In this document: positions 55,101-61,921 of the stretch, piece after piece
Position numbering within the stretch: position 1 is the first letter of the stretch
Layout of the letters: the number at the start of each line of letters is the position of its first letter
Assembly: GCA_045604905.1 (NCBI GenBank)
Contig: JAZUOX010000013.1
Span: forward strand, 5,922-69,921
Direction of reading: 5' to 3'
DNA from: Clostridia bacterium
Lineage (GTDB): Bacteria > Bacillota > Clostridia > UMGS1883
DNA: 64,000 nucleotides
Made by a program: the position numbers and the translations under genes
The notes under the pieces: generated by a model
The model's input: only the letters and a program-made list of their open reading frames with translations
Told to the model about the DNA's origin: nothing
Database searches by the model: none

Positions 55101-55386
55101 CATCGTCAAAGCACAAAATAACATCGTCACCATCTTCAGTAATTCCGTAAAGAAGCGGAAGTCGGTTTACATACTGTCGTCTTAAGCCTTGTGCTGAATA
55201 TACCATTACAAAATAATCCTCTGCTTGAAAATCTTTTTCAAGAACATAGGAAAACACCTTCTGATCCCCATAGAATTTCTGCGAAAAAGCTTTGCTTTCA
55301 GACAAAAGCTTAACAGTATTATCGTCGTATTCAACTTTGGCCATTTTACTGTCGGTTACAAATTTTTCTGTCAATAAATTTATCAT
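52183..55386 (-). CDS. large uncharacterised cytoplasmic protein, putative glycoside hydrolase (TIM-barrel-like C-terminal half plus beta-sandwich tail)
   Basis: 1067 aa with no signal peptide. The tracked start is TTG; I prefer ATG at 55386 (GAGGAG 7 nt upstream). The C-terminal half has GH-like beta-alpha segments (ILHLWASW, ISLYFHP, LMYIDEF, VLYGEY) and a Greek-key-like tail. I could not name a family. Confidence 0.55.
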   Translation of the reverse strand: MINLLTEKFVTDSKMAKVEYDDNTVKLLSESKAFSQKFYGDQKVFSYVLEKDFQAEDYFVMVYSAQGLRRQYVNRLPLLYGITEDGDDVILCFDDVILDNREHMVAVKTEGKNYKGIKIEYSIDRRKEAHLTIKEMYTCALGELPFACSKGKTESSKDFKTVDLSLYYNGEFTYTETDSIVDGGRFFEEENVSLYEIPFSIKTTGNNMIVPPPAPKENDDVIDNFGVPVVRKLCRPISRDSVVEIPVSTNAKEIYFIMSLSGKRHQRWGFAQDGTVLGTITGEVYMPLLVEDTVGFITEVIYENGERDTHLPLNLSLGRHGVSGDVSVYGIPANGNKIEKIIFHNRLLDTDISLMALTLNETEERLRHEMLIPEKEEKIKHIIGNEKEIEINGNILSVKNCALAMEIDISRGMKLLKMKNEFIKEFTVVESDMLKLRYGNDYNCDFELLSASTDGSTAELLFLGGGLHINIVASLGENNDVKWCLKAENQGETSIKCGIVFPCITGMNHSSWEDNWYFVPKYQNILSNETVFIYEESSPNFPMQFMDVFSPKAQGGLSLTTEERNVITRKYGFEKNERGMEFYVEYPEMYGEIKAGEEFTGSPTVLTAHEGDWRKSFEIYKNWLDSWYEPYNCQNKDWYRRCFWLFTEYCDFIVEEKPIRQLPYWNDPETGELRFEKALEEQKKISGCYPDILHLWASWAHKILNGKLYNHWGKWGEEDYEPYGGKDRLRDALHKIQDEKGINISLYFHPTLLSDTYENLTHFLKDHKAINDIGDTIKCGPYAYRMCHASEDWRKYAISVYPRVYKELGIPLMYIDEFSLRCENRCYADNHGHSIPSNLLKTDYDFITELKHEMPEEVVLYGEYAAVDIYAKYIDCNISYYLTDNVIDMIEFSWKGGDGDDRLSRIYPNMYKFAFPKIVQLALPSGMRHLSWHPQKFIFFNGDAVYDSMWDCEESVGQKFNIDSFKLKKKYADCFASDTPEGFVDTLSPAICANRFPGDGRTIYTIYNRAYSTYRGKILKVKHIDGATYYDAWNEKELKVEIKDGYAELYLTVDAQEMGCVEVRYND

Positions 55387-55466
55387 ATCAATACTCCTCT
55401 TCAAATAGTAAGGCGAATCTCACTACCACAAATATGTTTATTAAGATTCGCCTCATTTATTTAATA

Positions 55467-58109
55467 TTATTCGTAGATAATCATAGTTTTGCCGTCGCCG
55501 TCTTTGTCATAAATAATCACCTTACTTGACTCACTGTTGCCACTGTTTACATGTGCAACTATGTCATTCTGACCGACAACTGTAACACATTTTTCCTCTG
55601 AATCGTATCGTAAAATAGCATAGTTATCTAAATTTCTCATTTCAAGGTACTCCAGATTACTCTGTCGATACTGAGTTCCCGGAATAAGAGGTGTTGTTGT
55701 TGTAAGAATATTATTTTTATATTTCTGAAAAACAAAAGCCTGCTGTACCCTGAGATTTGACAAAAAGCTTGATGTGCTGGGGTTTGAACCGTTCATAGAA
55801 TCTTTCTCTCTTGAATAAAGCAGTTTACAGTTTGATATTTTTCCGCGTATATCTACTGTCAACTGAACCACGTCACCTCTTCCAAGCGAGTATGCCTCTC
55901 CGTCAAGGGTATAGCCTTCTACAAGTTCATCTGACAAGGTAAGATATTCTCGTTGCTGTTTACCGGTAAAAACTCTAAGCTGATATGCCGCATTTCCTTC
56001 TTCATCAAAAGTTCTTCTAATGCGGTCGATAACTGAAACCGCTCGCGCTGAAGGAACAGAGTCGATTGCTACATTCTCCTTGTGAAAAAGAATCACTTCT
56101 GCTGTTAACGAATCTGAATTTGTTCTGTATGCCTTTATACTCTTTTTAGCATTTTCTTCTATATAACTGATATCGTAAACCCAGTAATCATTGTCTTCTG
56201 CGTTATCTGGATCTTGGGGAATTTCGAAGAAAAGTGTATTTGCAGATACTGCAATTTTACCGCCAAAAACCTTCGGATTATATCTGTACTGAAGAATAGT
56301 TCCTTCACTTATTCCGTCATAATAAAGACAAAGACTATTGCGGTAATTTTCTGAAGTTGCAAGACCTGATATTTCTCCGTCATTCTCTGTATACGGAATA
56401 TCGATATAATTAACTAATCCGTTAAAATCAAGTCCGTATATTACTACTCCAGGTGTCAAAGAAAGCAATGCTGTTCGAGCTTCATCTTTTCTGATATTCA
56501 CCGCTTTACCGTTAAGAACAACTCTTTCAGCAAATTTCGTAACAATCTTTTCCGACTTTTCAGTCATAAGTTTAACTTCTATATCTCCATGGAACTGACT
56601 TGTCGGAGCCAGGGCCATCAAATAGCCAAAGCTATGTTCCTTATTAGAATTAAAGTTTGCCGCTGCGATACAGCCTTCGTTATCAAGGTAATAAAGTCCC
56701 TGTGCACCTTTTTTTAGTTCATGCAACTGATTATCAACAAAGAACTTAGAAGCCTTATAAGGGATTGAATTTACATAAATTAAAGATTCTTCACCGATTT
56801 CATAATCAGAAAGTTCTCCTTCTATAACTCCAACGGTATAAAGCACAGTAAGTGCAAAAGCATCTTTACTTTCAGCCACCATCAGGACATCCCACTCTGC
56901 CAGTTCCATTACATCCATCTTACTGCCGATTTCTGACACAAATGAAACACGGTCATATGCGTTAAAATCAACTGCACCCAATCCCCATTTTCCGTAAACT
57001 CTTCCATCCTTTTTATTTACAGTATCAACAATAAAAGTTTTGAAGGCTAATATTTTAACGACATCATAAGTTCCATCATTGTCGTTATCAATAACTGAAA
57101 CTGTACCTTTTTCCATTTCGAAATTCTCTTTTTTAGGAGATACATCAATCCTGTTATTGTATATAACATCTACATTGGCAAGGTTAAACTTAACAGAAAC
57201 AATTTTACCATTATCATTTGTGTATTTAAGCTCACCGTTCTCATAACCGACTACGTCCTTAGCACTGATGTCAACTGCTTTGTTTCTATATGGATAAGCA
57301 CTTAGAACCAAACCGCCATTAACACCTTTTCCGCCACTATAATATACACTGGTATTATATCCAAGAAGTTCTTCAGCATTGGTTTCTCCTGCATCCAGGA
57401 ATAATTCACCTATTTTTATCCAGCCTTCCTGTGTTTCACTTTTTTCTTTAAGATAAGTAAATCCGTTTCCGTCTATAACACCTGTTATTTTATGTATTCC
57501 TCTATATTTTTCAAGAACAGTTTCCTCTCTGAAATGGTAATCTGCTCCATCCTGGCTAATGCTGTCAATATCAACTGCACGAGCATCCGCAGTACTTATC
57601 AAAAGCTCTGCTGCTTCATTTACAGTTATAGCAGGATATGTATGTGTTTCTGCAAAATTACAGATGTCAGCACGCCTTGCAGCGGTTGAAACTGCCATAC
57701 CCGACTCAATCAGGTCTTTAAATCCTACTACATAAACAAGCAGTCGAACTGCATCACCTTTTGTCATCGGTTCGTTTTCTCTAAATGTTCCGTCCGAATA
57801 TCCGTTTACATAACCAAGAGAGTATGCAGCGCAAATACTATCATAATAAGGGCTTTGCAAAGAAAGGTCTGTCAAAGGAACCGGAATTCCTGATGCTTCA
57901 GCACCCATAAGGGTCATCAAAGCATCTAAAAATTCGCCTCGTGTTATTACCTCTCCTCCGCGGCTAAGTGCAGAATTAGGAAGTAACCCTAATTCCACAG
58001 CTACATTAAGTTCAACAGATGTTTCAGACAAAGCTTCTGCATAACTATTAAACGAAAAGAAGGAGATTGACACTATTAAACACAATAACAAACTAAAAAT
58101 TCTTTTCAT
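55467..58109 (-). CDS. S-layer-homology (SLH) domain surface protein, N-terminally anchored
   Basis: Signal peptide MKRIFSLLLCLIVSISFFSFNSYAEA. SLH-like segments (ITRGEFLDALMTLMG; YSLGYVNGYSDGTFRENEPMTKGDAVRLLVYV) are followed by about 650 aa of beta-rich sequence with no catalytic motif I recognise. Confidence 0.7.
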   Translation of the reverse strand: MKRIFSLLLCLIVSISFFSFNSYAEALSETSVELNVAVELGLLPNSALSRGGEVITRGEFLDALMTLMGAEASGIPVPLTDLSLQSPYYDSICAAYSLGYVNGYSDGTFRENEPMTKGDAVRLLVYVVGFKDLIESGMAVSTAARRADICNFAETHTYPAITVNEAAELLISTADARAVDIDSISQDGADYHFREETVLEKYRGIHKITGVIDGNGFTYLKEKSETQEGWIKIGELFLDAGETNAEELLGYNTSVYYSGGKGVNGGLVLSAYPYRNKAVDISAKDVVGYENGELKYTNDNGKIVSVKFNLANVDVIYNNRIDVSPKKENFEMEKGTVSVIDNDNDGTYDVVKILAFKTFIVDTVNKKDGRVYGKWGLGAVDFNAYDRVSFVSEIGSKMDVMELAEWDVLMVAESKDAFALTVLYTVGVIEGELSDYEIGEESLIYVNSIPYKASKFFVDNQLHELKKGAQGLYYLDNEGCIAAANFNSNKEHSFGYLMALAPTSQFHGDIEVKLMTEKSEKIVTKFAERVVLNGKAVNIRKDEARTALLSLTPGVVIYGLDFNGLVNYIDIPYTENDGEISGLATSENYRNSLCLYYDGISEGTILQYRYNPKVFGGKIAVSANTLFFEIPQDPDNAEDNDYWVYDISYIEENAKKSIKAYRTNSDSLTAEVILFHKENVAIDSVPSARAVSVIDRIRRTFDEEGNAAYQLRVFTGKQQREYLTLSDELVEGYTLDGEAYSLGRGDVVQLTVDIRGKISNCKLLYSREKDSMNGSNPSTSSFLSNLRVQQAFVFQKYKNNILTTTTPLIPGTQYRQSNLEYLEMRNLDNYAILRYDSEEKCVTVVGQNDIVAHVNSGNSESSKVIIYDKDGDGKTMIIYE

Positions 58110-58115
58110 ATAGTT

Positions 58116-61100
58116 TTACCCCCTTCTGATAAATTCATAAATAGCCTTTGCCGCCTGAGCACGGGTAACGTTTGCATTTGGTGCAAACATATTATTTCCC
58201 ATACCTGACATTATGCCTTTTTCTTTAACATATCTTACAGCACCTTTGGCATATTCACTGATTACTTCATCATCTGAAAATCCGCATACTGTCGCATCAA
58301 TATCAGAACCGTTAGCAATACGAGCAAGTATTACTGCCATATCCTGACGGGTAATGAAGCTTCCAACACCAAACTTACCTTCGCCTGTTCCTTTTATATA
58401 ACCGGTTTTTACAGCACTTGCAACATAGGAGTAGTACCACGCATTAGCATCAACATCTGAAAAAGAAACTGTAGCACCACTATTTTCTGAATTGGTTGCC
58501 AAAACTATCATTTTAACAAATTCTTCTCTTGTAACAGAAGATGTAGGGTCAAAGATAGTTGTACTTCTACCTGAAATGATTCCCTTTTCCTTTAGAGAGT
58601 AGATTGCTTCTTCAGCCCAAACTACAGTTGCAAGATCAACAAATCTGCTTTCCTTAATAACTGTGTCGGAATCTTTTTTACCATCACTTACAGCACCTGC
58701 GGATTCTCCGATGCTTTCACCGCTGTTTAAAGAGCTTCCGCTCAGAGATGACGACCCACCGCCTCCGCCGCCTCCGCCTCCGCCACTACCGCTGCCTTTT
58801 TTAAGACTGCTTATAGCTATATCGACTGCTTTGCAGAGCTCTTCCAAAGTGGGATAAAGAGTATTATTGCTGTTAATTTTTGCACAAACCTCAAGCGAAT
58901 CATTTGTCTTAAGTTTATTGAAATTCTTTAAGTAATCTGCATTAATTCTGTCTGACTTTGTAAGAACAGATTTGATAAGATGCTTGCTTCCGCTTTGATA
59001 ACAAGCATAAAGAACTGTTTTATCGAGGAAATCTTCAACAAACGAAGATAAGGTTTTATAATTAGCTTTATTTACAAAAACAATGTCATTCAATGCCTTT
59101 TTCTGTTCTTCACCAAGCTCTCCGTCAACGAATTCATTACGACCGAGATATAAGTCGTATGAATTACTGTCATTGAGTCCATATTCTGCACACAATGAAA
59201 TTATGTTTTCCAGTTCTTGCACATTTTTCGCAAGCTTTATTTTTGTAAGCAAAACAAAATCGTCAAAATTTTCAAGGACGTCAATCTGAGATGCAAATAC
59301 TCCGCCTGGCTGAGAATTTCTGAATTCCAGATACTCCTCCCAGAAAACAGGTTTTTCTTCTTCAGCAAGCATAGAGTAATATATCATAACTTTTTCGGCA
59401 ACAAATTCAATGCCCATTACAGCCTGTTCAAGTTCGCCGGCAGTAGTTGCTGAATTTACTGTTTGCATCAAAGCAGGACTATGATAATAAATTTCATCGT
59501 TTCCTATACGTACACGAATTTCAGGCTCATCAGTACGCTGATAATCCTTTACAACAATTTTGTAGGATTTACCCGAAACTCCGTCAATCTGTTCAAAGAA
59601 AGTAAGGTAATTAAGGATGCTGTCGTTTTCTGCAAAATCATATTCAGATACACAAACCTTTCCCGGTTCAGCATTTTCCAAGCTCCACACGGCATTTTCA
59701 CCGAGGACCTCAATTGTGATGCTGTTATCAGAATTTTGCGAAACCGTACCTGTAAGTGTAAGGGTCTTTGCAGTCGTATCGACAACAACAGAATCTACAA
59801 GGGTCATTCCCGTAGGTTCTGTTATATCTCCGTTAAAGGTGCCACCTGCCTGACAATAAGGAATCTGTGAAGAAAAATCATTCCAGATATATGCTCTTAC
59901 TGAATCATAATCAATCTGGATACCTTCAAGACTGAACTCAACATTTTCTCCTTCGCGACCACTTACATATGCTGTAAGCACACGCACATCTTTCAATATA
60001 CCATTTTTATAAAATGCTGCATACAATCTTGCCGGCTTTTCTCCCTCATAATAACTCTTGATATGCGAAGTAATCTTTGTGGTTACTATTTGAGGCTTCG
60101 TTGCTTCCATATACACCGGTGCAGTAGTAAATCTGTATATAGCATCATCTGCTTTCATACCGGCTGCAATAACATCTGAAACCTTTATATCATAAGTTGT
60201 TGCCGGCTTCAGATCTGAAAACTTAAGAGAAAGCACATTTGCGTTTCCCGAAAGAGTAAATGGTGTTTCCACGATGTTTCCTTCAGTTGAAACTTCTACC
60301 TTTGCAATTGACGCAACATTTGCCGTAAGAGAAGCTGTATATTCCATTTCTATTGTTTCGTCAAGATTTGCAGAATTTTCAAACCCACTTTTAACAGATG
60401 CCACTGCATACGGTGGTCTTACATTTTCATCTGTAATATGAGAATAATTATCTATATAGAAATCTTTTTCTGCAGTGTCTAATTTGTGATAACCTATTCG
60501 AATCTGCGTAAGTGTTGATGACGATGTTAATGATTCAAAATCGGAAATTTCCCCAACAAAGGCAGATTTCCATTCTGTTTCTCCGATTTTTCTCATACGC
60601 AATTCCATATAATTACGTTCCCAGTTAATTCCTAATTCTATGTTATACCAGGTTTTGTAGCTGTATGTGATATTTTCTCCATTACATTTAAACGGAGAAG
60701 CATTTTTACGATAAACTATACCGTTATCAAGTCTTAAAACTTCTATATTTGTTGCTCCCCACAGGAATCTTATACCTACACATGATTCCTGTTCTGCATA
60801 AAAATCAAACTTTATTAAAGCCGGCCCTTTTGCATCAGTTGCCACATAAGGCATAGCAAAAACAGAACCGCCTCCGCTGCCGCCAAAATGCAGTTTCATT
60901 ACCTGATTTTCAGAATTTGTCGGATCGGGAGCAAAACTTGCATCTGAACCGTTTGTTTCATTCGCCACAGTTACATACTGTTCTATACTTCCTGCTTCAA
61001 AATAACTTGTTTCAGCAAATCCATTCCACGCCGAATACAAAGTCTTTGTCGGGGGCTGCATTGGGGTGTCAGGAGTATACGGACTATTTGAATTGGGTTC

Positions 61101-61862
61101 ATCGGGATTTGGTTCATCAGGATCGGGTTCATCGGGATTTGGTTCATCGGGATCGGGTTCGTCGGGATTTGGTTCATCAGTAGTTCCAACTATAGAATGG
61201 GAATAATTATCTATACCCATTGCATATGCCCCTGAAAACTGTGTATCTATTCTGAGCTGTGTCAAAGCAGCATTTTCAACGCCATCAAATATTCCGTCTG
61301 AAGTTACTGTCGCTTCTCCCCATTCGGTTTCTCCGGCTTCTTTTACTCTGATTTTCACACTATCTTTTGCTTTTTCAGTAGAAATCTCAAAATTATACCA
61401 TTTTTCAGGCGAATATGTCAGCCCTGTTGCACCAGCAGCAAATGCTTTTACTGCACCAAAGTCAAGTGTAGCAAGAATTTTACTTGATCCACCTATATAC
61501 GCATTTACTCTGACTTTTGAAGAAGCACTGTAAGCATAAAAATCAAACTTTACAGTAAGGTCACCGGCACCCGCATCCGTACCATTCATATACATTGCAA
61601 ACCACGGATACTGACCTGCTGCTTTTGTGATTTTAAGAATACTGTTACCAGCTTCTTCGGTAATAGCAATAGTACTTGTTTCAGAAGTATTTGCTACAAA
61701 TATATCAGCACCTACAGCCAATCCATCAAAAGTAGTTGTGGATGCATAATTACTAAAAATTGTATATGCTTCACCTTTTGCGTGTGCAGGTATTACACTA
61801 TAGAACTGAAGCAAAACTATCGATGCAGTCAATATCAGAGAAATTATTCTTTTTCTACTCAT
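58116..61862 (-). CDS. giant multi-domain surface protein with three C-terminal SLH domains
   Basis: Signal peptide (...VIPAHAKGE). Two diverged ~230-aa jelly-roll-like modules (each ending xIDNYSH) are separated by a (PDEPN/D)n linker. Ig-like and helical regions follow, then a G10 linker and three SLH repeats (FVDLATVVWAEEAI..., FSDVDANAWYYSYV..., FSDDEVISEYAKGAV...). Confidence 0.8.
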   Translation of the reverse strand: MSRKRIISLILTASIVLLQFYSVIPAHAKGEAYTIFSNYASTTTFDGLAVGADIFVANTSETSTIAITEEAGNSILKITKAAGQYPWFAMYMNGTDAGAGDLTVKFDFYAYSASSKVRVNAYIGGSSKILATLDFGAVKAFAAGATGLTYSPEKWYNFEISTEKAKDSVKIRVKEAGETEWGEATVTSDGIFDGVENAALTQLRIDTQFSGAYAMGIDNYSHSIVGTTDEPNPDEPDPDEPNPDEPDPDEPNPDEPNSNSPYTPDTPMQPPTKTLYSAWNGFAETSYFEAGSIEQYVTVANETNGSDASFAPDPTNSENQVMKLHFGGSGGGSVFAMPYVATDAKGPALIKFDFYAEQESCVGIRFLWGATNIEVLRLDNGIVYRKNASPFKCNGENITYSYKTWYNIELGINWERNYMELRMRKIGETEWKSAFVGEISDFESLTSSSTLTQIRIGYHKLDTAEKDFYIDNYSHITDENVRPPYAVASVKSGFENSANLDETIEMEYTASLTANVASIAKVEVSTEGNIVETPFTLSGNANVLSLKFSDLKPATTYDIKVSDVIAAGMKADDAIYRFTTAPVYMEATKPQIVTTKITSHIKSYYEGEKPARLYAAFYKNGILKDVRVLTAYVSGREGENVEFSLEGIQIDYDSVRAYIWNDFSSQIPYCQAGGTFNGDITEPTGMTLVDSVVVDTTAKTLTLTGTVSQNSDNSITIEVLGENAVWSLENAEPGKVCVSEYDFAENDSILNYLTFFEQIDGVSGKSYKIVVKDYQRTDEPEIRVRIGNDEIYYHSPALMQTVNSATTAGELEQAVMGIEFVAEKVMIYYSMLAEEEKPVFWEEYLEFRNSQPGGVFASQIDVLENFDDFVLLTKIKLAKNVQELENIISLCAEYGLNDSNSYDLYLGRNEFVDGELGEEQKKALNDIVFVNKANYKTLSSFVEDFLDKTVLYACYQSGSKHLIKSVLTKSDRINADYLKNFNKLKTNDSLEVCAKINSNNTLYPTLEELCKAVDIAISSLKKGSGSGGGGGGGGGGSSSLSGSSLNSGESIGESAGAVSDGKKDSDTVIKESRFVDLATVVWAEEAIYSLKEKGIISGRSTTIFDPTSSVTREEFVKMIVLATNSENSGATVSFSDVDANAWYYSYVASAVKTGYIKGTGEGKFGVGSFITRQDMAVILARIANGSDIDATVCGFSDDEVISEYAKGAVRYVKEKGIMSGMGNNMFAPNANVTRAQAAKAIYEFIRRG
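61096..61179 (-). repeat. in-frame tandem 12/24-nt repeat encoding a (PDEP[ND])n linker
   Basis: About seven units of GGTTCATCGGGATT/GGTTCATCAGGATC-type repeats. The translation is DEPNPDEPDPDEPNPDEPDPDEPNPDEPN. Confidence 0.9.
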
Positions 61863-61921
61863 GAGCTACCTCCTCAATATCTATAACCAAAATCAAATCT
61901 TTATTCTAAGACATCCTTGCC

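Noticed and set aside
61096-61179. Tandem short repeats here and a GGN run at 58755-58797, considered as a CRISPR-like or satellite array.
   Set aside because: They are in-frame within a long ORF and encode PDEP and poly-Gly linkers. They have no unique spacers and no flanking leader or cas genes.
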